A stretch of DNA of 39,275 bases, taken from a virus. Taxonomy: Duplodnaviria; Caudoviricetes. The translations under genes were made by a program, and so were the position numbers. The notes below the pieces were generated by a model that saw only the letters and a list, made by a program, of their open reading frames with translations, had not been told where the DNA came from and searched no databases. Shown here in pieces: positions 1 to 9,154 of the stretch (its first letter is position 1; each line of letters starts with the position of its first letter). Where the stretch lies: IMG/VR virus record IMGVR_UViG_3300032253_000232, positions 1-39,275 of that record. One strand, 5' to 3'.

Positions 1-110
1 CTCTTCTTTCCAGAATTCTTGCAATAGTAGTGCAAGAATATACTACTTTTAATTAAAATTTATTCTTATCAACCATTAACCGAGATTTGAAAAATGTATT
101 AATATAACTA

Positions 111-127
111 TTAAGTCAATATAAACA
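111..127 (+). repeat. attL core TTAAGTCAATATAAACA
   Basis: Identical to 38285-38301; lies just beyond the integrase stop codon. Confidence 0.9.
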
Positions 128-150
128 TAATTGCCCCTATTTACAGGGGT

Positions 151-1233
151 TTATTCTGCACTTGTACCGTTTTTGTACCGCTTTTCTAAAAAGCCAATAC
201 TGATTTTTTCTTTTTTCGGCATAAAGTGAGCATATATTGTTAAAGTCACATTTACGTTCCCATGTCCTAATGTATGCGATACCCACAAAGCATCAATTCC
301 ATTATTTAACATGAGACTTGCAAACGTATGTCTCGTGTTATGTAAAGCTCTAGTTTTAAGGTTATTTCTCTCTAGTACCTTTTGGAAGTTTTGATAGAAC
401 AATGTGTTACTTCCATGATACGAACCTTGTTTATTAAGAAACACATAGCTATTAGATAGCCCTGTTTCTAACCTCTGGTTTAAAAAATACTCTCTTGCAT
501 ACTCTAATAGTTCTATATCCCTATGACTAGATAATGTCTTAGGCTCATTAATGAAACCATCTGCAACAGTTTTAGTAATTGATATAGTATCTGTATCGAA
601 ATCTATATCTTCCCACTTTAGAGCAAGAAGTTCACCGCTTCTCATACCAGTAAAAAATGATATTCCAAAAAAGTTTTTCATTTGTCCTTGTGTATCAGAT
701 AAGATCATATCAATCTCATCAAGATTTAAAGGTAATTGCTTTTTCTTTTTAACACTTTTATACTTTGGCATCCTTACAGATTTAACAGGATTGCTTTTGA
801 TATGCTCACCTAAAACAGCAATATCAAAAACTTCACTAAGCAAAATTCTAGCAACAGTTATTGACTGTCTTTGTAAACCTTTACTAAACATTTTATCTTG
901 AAACTTTTTAATGTCTAAAGGTTTAATTTGTGCTACTGATAAATCCTCAAAAAATGGTATAATATGCGTGGTCTTTACAGAATTATACGCTAACATAGTC
1001 TTATGCTTTAAGACTCTGCTTTTTTCAGTAATAACATCATCAAGAATGTCTAAAACAAGTGGCACTCCACTTTCAATATCTAAACCTAATTCATTGCTTA
1101 GTTTACCGCTTTTAAACTTACCGATAATTATATTTTTATTGATTGTTGTATATTTCAACCGTGATGATTTTAACTTATCACCAAAGCCAAAATATAAAAC
1201 ACCGTTCCGATTTTTAAATCGCAATTTTCTCAT
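151..1233 (-). CDS. int: Tyrosine recombinase (phage integrase)
   Basis: Catalytic motifs TGMRSGE (R), HNTRH (HxxR), LGH, IYAH (Y); located at the prophage boundary. Confidence 0.95.
   Translation of the reverse strand: MRKLRFKNRNGVLYFGFGDKLKSSRLKYTTINKNIIIGKFKSGKLSNELGLDIESGVPLVLDILDDVITEKSRVLKHKTMLAYNSVKTTHIIPFFEDLSVAQIKPLDIKKFQDKMFSKGLQRQSITVARILLSEVFDIAVLGEHIKSNPVKSVRMPKYKSVKKKKQLPLNLDEIDMILSDTQGQMKNFFGISFFTGMRSGELLALKWEDIDFDTDTISITKTVADGFINEPKTLSSHRDIELLEYAREYFLNQRLETGLSNSYVFLNKQGSYHGSNTLFYQNFQKVLERNNLKTRALHNTRHTFASLMLNNGIDALWVSHTLGHGNVNVTLTIYAHFMPKKEKISIGFLEKRYKNGTSAE
162..180 (+). repeat. Putative integrase arm-type site (tandem TTGTACCG)
   Basis: TTGTACCGTTTTTGTACCG is repeated exactly at 38164-38182; both copies lie inside the att cores. 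Confidence 0.7.
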
Positions 1234-1519
1234 GAGCTATTCCTTTATGAAGTTCATTTCTAAACTCAAATATAGCTTCCTCTATAAACACTAGAATTTT
1301 ACCATTTTTTCTAGTGAAGTGGTAGCCCTCTTTTAAAAGACTACTTTCAATGTAATTATTTATGGTTCTTTCAGATTTATTTAAAAATTTCGCAACTTCT
1401 TTTTTAGATGTTAAAGGTGGTGCATATTTAGCCATCCTCTCTGACATTTCTTTAACTGTCGCGAGAAGCTCAGGGATTAGCTCTAAGTGTTCAAATACTC
1501 CTATGTCTAGTGCGCTCAT
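1214..1519 (-). CDS. Excisionase-like HTH protein
   Basis: KKEVAKFLNKSERTINNYI HTH; overlaps the integrase start. Confidence 0.7.
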   Translation of the reverse strand: MSALDIGVFEHLELIPELLATVKEMSERMAKYAPPLTSKKEVAKFLNKSERTINNYIESSLLKEGYHFTRKNGKILVFIEEAIFEFRNELHKGIAHEKIAI

Positions 1520-1565
1520 TATGTGACCTCTTTGTATTGGTTTTTACACCAACTGCCATTGGTGA

Positions 1566-1847
1566 CTATTGGATGAAGTCAAGCAACCTTTCTTCATTGT
1601 CAATAGCTCTATTGTTTATAAATGAGCCATTACCGAGAATAGTTACATACTTGCATCTTTTAGCTTCTTTTGAAAGCAACTTTTGTATTTCATCAAGTGT
1701 AACAATTACACTTTCGGATGAATGTGAATCATTTATAAGCTCACATTCTATTTTTTCAATTCTATTTAAAATCACAAGATAAAGCGCTTTTGCTCTTAGC
1801 TTGTAATCAACACCATGTTTTAAAAAATTTTCTTTTTCCCAAATCAT
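1566..1847 (-). CDS. Hypothetical accessory protein
   Basis: ORF with AAGG RBS and an upstream minus-strand TATAAT (~1883-1888). Confidence 0.55.
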   Translation of the reverse strand: MIWEKENFLKHGVDYKLRAKALYLVILNRIEKIECELINDSHSSESVIVTLDEIQKLLSKEAKRCKYVTILGNGSFINNRAIDNEERLLDFIQ

Positions 1848-1993
1848 TAACTAGCCTTTAATAATTAAAATTAGTTAAAAGATTATAGTGTTTAGTAGTT
1901 GATGTTGTCAATTTTATAATATTCATTATTGTTGTGCAGCTATAAAGTATATATTTTGTCCGTTAAAACTAAAAAAAAGGCAGAATATAACCT

Positions 1994-2494
1994 TTATAAT
2001 ATTAATTCTTTAAATGTTGTCTTTAAAGCTTCAAATTTAGAGAGTTCTTTCTCCATGCTCAAAACTTTTCTATACAACTCTATGACCTTGTTCATTTGTA
2101 TGCTCAACTCACCTGTGCGAGAAACACTCTTGATAGCACTTTCCGAGTAACCAAGCTCAATACCTAGTTCTGCATTAGTCATATTTAGCTCTTTTTTGAG
2201 AGTAACTAAAATATTTGTGCTTTTACAATCAGGGGGATTTATCCAAAATCTAAGTGTTAAATTAGTGTTTTTACTAATCCAACTTAACAAATCTGTGGAA
2301 AAAGTAGAAACAATAATTATATCGCTGTTATGAAGATTATCGTGTAAAACTGAAACAACATCTGAACATATTAAATTAAAGTCAGAGTAATACTCTAACA
2401 ATGCTTTTTCGATATCGTTTTCATTAAAAACGGGAACTTTCGAGTTAACTACTGTGTAGCATATGTCTTTAAAAAGTATTCCTTGGTAGTTCAT
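1994..2494 (-). CDS. Protein with C-terminal XRE-like HTH
   Basis: LKKELNMTNAELGIELGYSESAIK HTH in the C-terminal half; N-terminal half not recognised. Confidence 0.65.
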   Translation of the reverse strand: MNYQGILFKDICYTVVNSKVPVFNENDIEKALLEYYSDFNLICSDVVSVLHDNLHNSDIIIVSTFSTDLLSWISKNTNLTLRFWINPPDCKSTNILVTLKKELNMTNAELGIELGYSESAIKSVSRTGELSIQMNKVIELYRKVLSMEKELSKFEALKTTFKELIL

Positions 2495-2651
2495 AATTGT
2501 TCTCTTTTCAATATAAATTGTAGCCTAAGAACAATATTAAAAAGCTGATAAAGCAAAGCAGAATAGAGATTTTAAGGAAGATTAGTTCTTGCAATACTAA
2601 TAAAGAAAATAAATATTTTTTACTGCTATTAGTAGTGATTATTAGTGTGCC

Positions 2652-3167
2652 TCAAAATGGAATTTCATCTTCCTCAATGTCGATTACCGGAACAGAATCG
2701 CTACTAGGCATTTGCTGAGCCGGCTTTTGATAGCTCTGCGGCTGTTGCGGCTGTTGATAACTCGGCTGTTGATAGCTTTGTTGTTGAGACTGATTCTCTC
2801 CAGTTTGAGGCGCTTGGTAACTGTTTCCACCGCCTTGATTATCACCTTTAGAATCTAACATCTGCATAGTTTCAACAACAACAGAATGCTTAGAGCGCTT
2901 CTGTCCATTTTGATCTACCCATTGATCAAAGTTAAGTCTACCTTCAACTAATATCTTTGAGCCTTTTTTAAGATATTGGTTAGCAATCTCTGCACTTCTT
3001 GCAAAGAAAGTTATATCTACGAAACATGCTTCCTCTTTTTTTTCACCATTGCTAGTGAACTTACGGCTTGTAGCAATTGCTGTTGAAGCTATACCCATTC
3101 CTGATTGACTATACCTAAGTTCAATGTCTCGTGTGCAATTACCAACCAAAATAATTTTATTGTACAT
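2652..3167 (-). CDS. ssb: Single-stranded DNA-binding protein
   Basis: MYNKIILVGN...ELRY OB-fold, Q/P-rich linker, acidic DEIPF tail. Confidence 0.97.
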   Translation of the reverse strand: MYNKIILVGNCTRDIELRYSQSGMGIASTAIATSRKFTSNGEKKEEACFVDITFFARSAEIANQYLKKGSKILVEGRLNFDQWVDQNGQKRSKHSVVVETMQMLDSKGDNQGGGNSYQAPQTGENQSQQQSYQQPSYQQPQQPQSYQKPAQQMPSSDSVPVIDIEEDEIPF

Positions 3168-3366
3168 TTTTTACCTCTTTAAATTTATAAGTTGAATTTT
3201 TTGTTATAATCACCATGTATTCATCATCTTTAACAATAACTTTAACGCTACTGCTGCGGATACTGTTGAACGAAAATACGCTCCCATTATAATTAAACTC
3301 TCCATTTTTCCCAATTTCTCTATTACCTATAGAGTTTTCATTATTAAGTTCTATTAATTTATACAT
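3157..3366 (-). CDS. Hypothetical phage protein
   Basis: Overlaps both neighbours in the early operon. Confidence 0.6.
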   Translation of the reverse strand: MYKLIELNNENSIGNREIGKNGEFNYNGSVFSFNSIRSSSVKVIVKDDEYMVIITKNSTYKFKEVKNVQ

Positions 3367-3805
3367 CTAAAAGCTCCTTATTTTCATAAATATTTCCTAT
3401 TACTTCAATAGTTTCACATCCGCAACCAACCATAATATAACTAAGGCTATTTGAGTCACAGTCTAAATCTGGGACTAAGTCAAAAGCAGGGTAATGACTA
3501 TCAATACAGTATTTAATTTCATGTATTGTCTTATCTCCAAAATCATTAGTGACTCGAACAATGTCACCTTCATAAATTTCATTTTTAGCTTCACTCGTAT
3601 CTTTTAAGCCTGTGTATTGCATAAGCTTATCACTTGCACAATACTCCCATCTATGAGGCATAGCATCGTTATAGTGTGGTGGATAAGAACGAACGAAACT
3701 AATTCTCATGCCTTGAATTGTCCATTCTAACCCGTCTACTGTCCACATTGTTTCTTCTTCATCGTCAAACACTCTATGTTTTATCTCTCTCTTTTCCATC
3801 TTCAA
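3359..3805 (-). CDS. YopX family protein
   Basis: LMQYTGLKD...EIYEGDIV...EVIGNIYEN signature. Confidence 0.9.
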   Translation of the reverse strand: MKMEKREIKHRVFDDEEETMWTVDGLEWTIQGMRISFVRSYPPHYNDAMPHRWEYCASDKLMQYTGLKDTSEAKNEIYEGDIVRVTNDFGDKTIHEIKYCIDSHYPAFDLVPDLDCDSNSLSYIMVGCGCETIEVIGNIYENKELLDV

Positions 3806-4064
3806 TACTTCCTTTTATGTTTGTATTTTTTAATTGATAAAAAGCACTTTCCCAAGTAAAAGTGGCAGTAGTTAAAATATTATTAAAATATCTATCTTTT
3901 GCCATCTTCCATCTACCATCTTCATGAATCATTAGTTTGAGTTTTTTACCAAGTTCATAAACTTCAGCTTTATAATCATTCTCAGATATATCATCATTGT
4001 TGCAATCACACTCTTCATAAATACTTGTTCCACAGGCACAATATTCATCAAGTGTTAGTTGCAT
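3774..4064 (-). CDS. Hypothetical phage protein (Cys-rich N-terminus)
   Basis: Operon coupling; CACG..ECDC. Confidence 0.6.
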   Translation of the reverse strand: MQLTLDEYCACGTSIYEECDCNNDDISENDYKAEVYELGKKLKLMIHEDGRWKMAKDRYFNNILTTATFTWESAFYQLKNTNIKGSIEDGKERDKT

Positions 4065-4600
4065 CCCTCAACCCTTTCAAATTCAAATTCATATACAAAT
4101 ACATAAGGGTTATCTTCCCATAGCCATCCTTGAGGTTTTGAAGAGTCCCAAATACCTATCCATTTTTCGTAATATTCATCTCTAATTGCTGCATCAAACT
4201 CTTCATCTGTTCTTATATCACTAGCAAATGATTGCTCATCAAATTCTATCCCCTCTTTTTTAATCTCACAAATAGTAATATCTTTTAATCTTTCTATTTT
4301 AATATTAGTGATTGTTAAATAAATAGGATTTTCATCATTCTCTTCAACAGATACTATTCTTTCATTATGCCTTTGGTCTTTCCATAGGTATTTTTGCACA
4401 TAAACAATTTCCCCAATTTTATGAACTAAGTCATAAGTATCAAGTCCTGATCCATCGTAATCTCTAACATCAACTGTATCGGTATCAAGCTGTATCAATC
4501 TATCGTAGTAAGGAGATATATTAAATATTTCTCTAAACTGCACCTTACGACCATCTAAAATAGCCTTAGTCATTTCTGTATTGAATAATATGTTTTTCAT
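4055..4600 (-). CDS. ASCH/PUA-like phage protein
   Basis: ILFNTEMTKAILDGRK...ERLKDIT...W..NPYVFVYEF pattern common in phage ASCH-like proteins. Confidence 0.7.
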   Translation of the reverse strand: MKNILFNTEMTKAILDGRKVQFREIFNISPYYDRLIQLDTDTVDVRDYDGSGLDTYDLVHKIGEIVYVQKYLWKDQRHNERIVSVEENDENPIYLTITNIKIERLKDITICEIKKEGIEFDEQSFASDIRTDEEFDAAIRDEYYEKWIGIWDSSKPQGWLWEDNPYVFVYEFEFERVEGCN

Positions 4601-4908
4601 TAGTCTACCTCCTTATCTCTAGATTCGTATTTATCCGAATAAAATCTACTACACTCACCACACTCCATGGGAAATGAATCAATTCCATCTTTTAGTGGCT
4701 TATGAGTGCAACCATTACAAGTTTTACTTTTATTCTCCTTATCGACTGTTTTTATATGAAACCCAACTTCTTTGGTGTCGTTCTTGAGTAGCACCTTATC
4801 TACAATCTCGCACATCTCTGGAATTTGCTCAGAATTTAAAAGTTGTGCTAAATACGCTTTTAGTCTTAGGGCTTGTTTTTGTTGAGCGACTGCGGTTAGT
4901 TCACTCAT
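4600..4908 (-). CDS. Hypothetical protein with C-terminal CxxC...CxxC
   Basis: CNGC and CGEC motifs; operon coupling. Confidence 0.6.
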   Translation of the reverse strand: MSELTAVAQQKQALRLKAYLAQLLNSEQIPEMCEIVDKVLLKNDTKEVGFHIKTVDKENKSKTCNGCTHKPLKDGIDSFPMECGECSRFYSDKYESRDKEVD

Positions 4909-5057
4909 GGATGTAGCCTCGATATAAAACCGGTGCCGTTTCGTTTGAGTAGTTTTTTCAAAAAACTTCTCAGGCTTATGACATCTCGTGTGATTACTTC
5001 GTATGGCTTACCGTCAAGTGTTCCTTTTAATGAGTAAATTGGCTTTAATAATTTCAT
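4905..5057 (-). CDS. Small hypothetical protein (50 aa, MKLLKPIYSLKGTLDGKPYEV...), absent from the ORF track
   Basis: AGGTG RBS; ATGA overlap with the downstream gene. Confidence 0.55.
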   Translation of the reverse strand: MKLLKPIYSLKGTLDGKPYEVITRDVISLRSFLKKLLKRNGTGFISRLHP

Positions 5058-5310
5058 TTTCACCTACTTCTAGTTTAAAAAATTCAAAAGCTTTATTGAA
5101 CATTTCTTTTGTAGTTTTTCCAGTAATGGTCACAACATGGTCGTACTGTGCCCATCCTCTTTGGTCATAAACCTCTAAATATTTATTTTCATATTTTGAA
5201 CATATCTTTAACTCAAACCAATCCCAAGTATCGGTAACCATATCATTAACAATAAACCACTCTCTTATCTGCGCTTCAAGTTCAGCCAATCTATCGTCAA
5301 ATATTTTCAT
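5014..5310 (-). CDS. Hypothetical phage protein
   Basis: GGAG RBS; early operon orientation. Confidence 0.6.
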   Translation of the reverse strand: MKIFDDRLAELEAQIREWFIVNDMVTDTWDWFELKICSKYENKYLEVYDQRGWAQYDHVVTITGKTTKEMFNKAFEFFKLEVGENEIIKANLLIKRNT

Positions 5311-5381
5311 CTTGTCTCCAATTCCTAGCTTTGTGTTTTTTCATTACTGTATAAACCTACTGCGGTGCTTTACGCTACCGC

Positions 5382-5708
5382 TTAATCAGTAATTTTTTCC
5401 ATATTAACTATTCCATGAATAGAAGTTAAATCACCTTTTAATAGCCAATCTTTTGAACAATTTTCTAAAATTCTCAGTCTTATAGGTTCATCCGAAAAGT
5501 GACATGTCCATCCAAGCTTATACATTTCTGGATTATCTACAACAACTTCTATTTGTGCTTTGAAAAAAGTATTCTCTGCACCATAATAAACCATCTCTAC
5601 ATAAACTTTATCTCCAAGGGAAAGATTTTGCCTCATTAGACTCTCTAGTTGTTCTTCATAAATGCTTTTCATAATAAATCCTTCTTTTCTTCTTGAATCG
5701 TGTTTCAA
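5382..5708 (-). CDS. Hypothetical phage protein
   Basis: Early operon orientation; true start may be the internal ATG (MKSIYE). Confidence 0.55.
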   Translation of the reverse strand: MKHDSRRKEGFIMKSIYEEQLESLMRQNLSLGDKVYVEMVYYGAENTFFKAQIEVVVDNPEMYKLGWTCHFSDEPIRLRILENCSKDWLLKGDLTSIHGIVNMEKITD

Positions 5709-5905
5709 AGTTAATCCTTTTTCTCTTTAACTGTAATAATTACAGACTATCTAACCTTAACAATGGTTTAAATATTTAAACCTTTTAGATAGTTTTTGTT
5801 CTTTCGTTTCTATTGCTGAATTATAAAACCTATCGTTTTGACAAAGTTTGACATCTAATAATTCTTTAAAAATAAACATAATATCTGCTTCTTAGCCCTA
5901 GTACT

Positions 5906-6346
5906 TTATTTTCTTCTAAGACAACTATACATTAATGATGCCTCACTTACATAATTTTTTTCTTGCCAAAAATCGCCATAGCTTATATTGCCTTTTGGAA
6001 AAACAACTTTTTTTACACGCTTACCTTTGACATAAAGTAAGCCCCATTTGTTAGGTAAATCTTCTTCTTTGATTATTCCCTCTTCACAAAGAAATAATCT
6101 AAGATTACCCATTCCATCTTTAGGGAATTTTCTAAATTCTTTTTTCTTATCTGCTAAAAAATCTGCTCTCGAAGTTTTACATTCGACTAAAACAGATTGA
6201 TTACTTTTAAAGCCAATAGCATCTGGAATTTCTCCTGTACTGGTAACACAAGAAAGTTCTCCAACAGCAAAACCGCAGCCATGAGAGTAAAGCCATTTAA
6301 CAGCTCTATCTACCAATTCTTGATGTGTTAATCTATCGGATTCCAT
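5906..6346 (-). CDS. PD-(D/E)XK nuclease-fold protein (MmcB-like)
   Basis: EIPDAIG...VECKTSRADFLAD...WGLL motifs. Confidence 0.75.
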   Translation of the reverse strand: MESDRLTHQELVDRAVKWLYSHGCGFAVGELSCVTSTGEIPDAIGFKSNQSVLVECKTSRADFLADKKKEFRKFPKDGMGNLRLFLCEEGIIKEEDLPNKWGLLYVKGKRVKKVVFPKGNISYGDFWQEKNYVSEASLMYSCLRRK

Positions 6347-6377
6347 TGTTCTCTCCCTAGTACCGCTATTTTAGCAA

Positions 6378-7268
6378 TTATACTTTTTCTTCATTTAGTA
6401 TGTCTGGAAATAGCTCCTGAAGAGACATTCTTTTGTCGTTTTGATAAAAGTGTTTATCCTCAATTATTGCAAACTCATCAGAGTTATTATAAAAATCGGC
6501 AATATTTTGGTCAACTACTTCAAACCTGTTAACAATCCTATTTAATAAGTAGGCTAAAGTGTATTTTCTTATATATTTATGCTCATAGATATTTTCAAAT
6601 AAAACTCTACCAAAAAGTCTTTTATCAACTTTGGTATGTAGTTTGTATCTTGCCAACTTGCTATCAATATCTCTATCCCACCAAAGAGAAATAAAATCCT
6701 CATGCTTAAATACTTTATTTTCATCAGATTTTCTTACTGTTTTGAATTGCAGAGAATCATCAACACTCCAGATGTTAATGTTTTCAATGTCTGGCATTTT
6801 TGATACTTTATCAATATAAGCCACAACAGTAACAGTAGATGCGATTCTCTTATATTCACTAACTTGATTTTTTAATCTTTCAAAAGTATCTCCCTCCGAT
6901 TTTATCTCATATATGTGTATTTTCGTAGGGGTAATAACCACAACATCAGCTATAACGCTAAACATACCTTTTTCGGTAATTATCCGTGTCATTTTTTGGG
7001 TATGTATAGATTTTAAATGCTCTATTAATGCTTCAGTAATCTGAGGTGCTAAAACTCGATTGTATGGGTTTTGTCGCCTTAATGAATTTATTTCTTTTTG
7101 CTTCTTTTCAATTTTATCTTTTAAATTCTTTTTCATATTAAAATCAATATATCTCGCAAAGGATAAACCGTTAGCAAAAGAAACCGTGTAGTTATTACTT
7201 TTAATTGCCTCTCTGATAACTTCTGTTTCTTCTTTTAGTTTATTAATTTGTTCAGCAACATTGTTCAT
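6378..7268 (-). CDS. sce7726-like PD-(D/E)XK nuclease-fold protein
   Basis: IADVVV...IYEIKSEGDTFERLKNQV.EY motif; extra N-terminal coiled coil. Confidence 0.7.
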   Translation of the reverse strand: MNNVAEQINKLKEETEVIREAIKSNNYTVSFANGLSFARYIDFNMKKNLKDKIEKKQKEINSLRRQNPYNRVLAPQITEALIEHLKSIHTQKMTRIITEKGMFSVIADVVVITPTKIHIYEIKSEGDTFERLKNQVSEYKRIASTVTVVAYIDKVSKMPDIENINIWSVDDSLQFKTVRKSDENKVFKHEDFISLWWDRDIDSKLARYKLHTKVDKRLFGRVLFENIYEHKYIRKYTLAYLLNRIVNRFEVVDQNIADFYNNSDEFAIIEDKHFYQNDKRMSLQELFPDILNEEKV

Positions 7269-7387
7269 ATTAATTTCCTAATTAAAGATACCAGCATTGT
7301 TATTTCATTTTTTGTAGCATTCCCATGGAGACTTGTTGGGCAAAATAAAATAAGATTAAGAAGTTCTTGCAGTCTGTTATTAGTCAT
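7265..7387 (-). CDS. Small hypothetical protein (40 aa, MTNNRLQELLNLILFCP...)
   Basis: Fills the gap exactly, with start/stop overlaps at both ends. Confidence 0.45.
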   Translation of the reverse strand: MTNNRLQELLNLILFCPTSLHGNATKNEITMLVSLIRKLI

Positions 7388-8268
7388 CACGATACATCTC
7401 TTTCATCATCTTTAGTACCATCTGTGTTAACATTATCGAGAATGCTTGTGCTAGGTTTTCGTTTTTTAATTTCTCCTGTTACATTATCGTGAGGTTCTAC
7501 TTCTGCTTCTTCTACTTGTTGTTGTGCCATTTGGTTTAGATCAACAACTTGTTGAGCATCAGGGATAATCTCGGCTTCAATTGCTTTATCATCTGCATCA
7601 ACAACATTAGCAATCTCTTCACCCATTGGTAGCTTTTTAACAAGTTTTTTGATTACTGTCTTTAAAGCCATTTCATTAAACCAATCAGCCCATACACCAG
7701 ACGGCTTTGCATTTTTTTGATTAGAACTAACCATTCTATGTTTATCAATCTGCTTAAAGTTCATAATCTCAATATAAAGAGTACCGTCAGGGGACTGAGC
7801 AAGGGCTACAGCATATTTAAAGTTCTCTTCTTCGCTATCAATGTTCTTTTTAAATTTAATAGTCTCATCGAAGCCATCAATTATGTATTCAAACTCATCC
7901 GCTTCATTAACGATATAAGACTTTAATTTCCAACCTGTTCGAGCTAACATAGCCGTATAACCACGAGCCGACACAATAAGTTGAACATTAGCACCATAAG
8001 GCACAATATAAGCGTGAGACAGAGCAGGGCTAAGATCAAGGTTTAATTGAGCAACGGTCACACAAGCATCTAAAATACTTGGTACATTACATCTTGATAG
8101 TTTAGAATCATTAGCAACTTTAGAAGCAGTTGCTAAGAATTTATCAGCTTTCTTTTTATCTCCAAATAGAGATTGAATTACTTTCTGTTGAGCTACTAAG
8201 CCACCTCTTATGTCTTGTTCTCTTTGCGATAATTGCTTACTCATCTTATACACCTCTTCTTTGTTCAA
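7387..8268 (-). CDS. recT: RecT family single-strand annealing recombinase
   Basis: AYIVPY..VQLIVSARGY and W.DWFNEMALKTVIKKL.K.LP motifs; adjacent to an exonuclease. Confidence 0.9.
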   Translation of the reverse strand: MNKEEVYKMSKQLSQREQDIRGGLVAQQKVIQSLFGDKKKADKFLATASKVANDSKLSRCNVPSILDACVTVAQLNLDLSPALSHAYIVPYGANVQLIVSARGYTAMLARTGWKLKSYIVNEADEFEYIIDGFDETIKFKKNIDSEEENFKYAVALAQSPDGTLYIEIMNFKQIDKHRMVSSNQKNAKPSGVWADWFNEMALKTVIKKLVKKLPMGEEIANVVDADDKAIEAEIIPDAQQVVDLNQMAQQQVEEAEVEPHDNVTGEIKKRKPSTSILDNVNTDGTKDDERDVS

Positions 8269-9076
8269 GATACCATTCGGGAAACCCAGTTGATTTAATT
8301 ACATTTACGACATTGTTTAGTTTATAGTCTTTCCAACTCTGTAAACGCTCACTATAAATTGCACGACCTTCTTCAATACTTTCTATCTGCATTTCTTGAA
8401 CAGAAACCATATAAGGTTTAGCTGTTTCTACAAGGATAAATACAAATCTTTCTGCTTTACGTCCAGTTGCCTCAATTACATCTGTATAAAAAGCGCTTTG
8501 AGTTCCGTAGCCATACTCCAAAACCGACTTTTTAAAGTCTTTAATGCTTTTGGTTGTTTTTAAATCAATTACCACACCTATGTCTTCTCTATAATAATCT
8601 GCTTTACACTTAACCGGAATATCATCAAGCTCTGCAAAAAAAGCATATTCCGCAACTCCATTTTGAAGAAGTCCACCTGCAATAGCTTTTACATTTCTAG
8701 CCATTTTTGTAACTTGGTCAAACAGGTCTAAAGAAAGAACTATTCTTTCACCGACACTATCAAGCCAAACTTCTTTTGCTTCTTTATAGGCTTTAGAATT
8801 TTTATTAAGCTCCGCACCTTCAAAGTCTTCAATTACAAAATCATCATTAAATGTATCCGGTTCTAAAACCAACTTATGAACAGCACTACCAAGTTCAAGC
8901 GCAGCACCTTCTAATTTGAATAAATCTTTATTCTCGTAATGAAGTACACTTTCAGCAAGTAATCTGAAATCACTATTTGATAAAGCAGGTATTTTGAAAT
9001 AGTCATTATCACTCATTTTCATCATCGACCTATCAATGACACATTTTTCAATTTTACTCATAATCTGTTCCTCCAC
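8246..9076 (-). CDS. RecE/exonuclease VIII-like PD-(D/E)XK nuclease
   Basis: LGSAVHKLVLEP, KCKADY, IDLKTT, YGYGTQSAFY motifs; probable start ATG at 9061. Confidence 0.85.
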   Translation of the reverse strand: MEEQIMSKIEKCVIDRSMMKMSDNDYFKIPALSNSDFRLLAESVLHYENKDLFKLEGAALELGSAVHKLVLEPDTFNDDFVIEDFEGAELNKNSKAYKEAKEVWLDSVGERIVLSLDLFDQVTKMARNVKAIAGGLLQNGVAEYAFFAELDDIPVKCKADYYREDIGVVIDLKTTKSIKDFKKSVLEYGYGTQSAFYTDVIEATGRKAERFVFILVETAKPYMVSVQEMQIESIEEGRAIYSERLQSWKDYKLNNVVNVIKSTGFPEWYLEQRRGV

Positions 9077-9154
9077 ATCATAAATCTAGTTCTATAAAGA
9101 ATGAAATAATTTTTCACCCTCCATCCCAATATTATGTATTCCCTTTTTAGATTA

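Noticed and set aside
1-60. Minus-strand LLLQEFWKEE (glyQ-like) and the ATTCTTGCA/TGCAAGAAT inverted repeat
   Set aside because: An in-frame stop lies just upstream with no clear start or RBS; too little sequence to call
162-180. 19-bp TTGTACCG repeat as the att core
   Set aside because: It is internally tandem, lies within int, and an outer 17-bp repeat brackets both copies; it fits arm sites better
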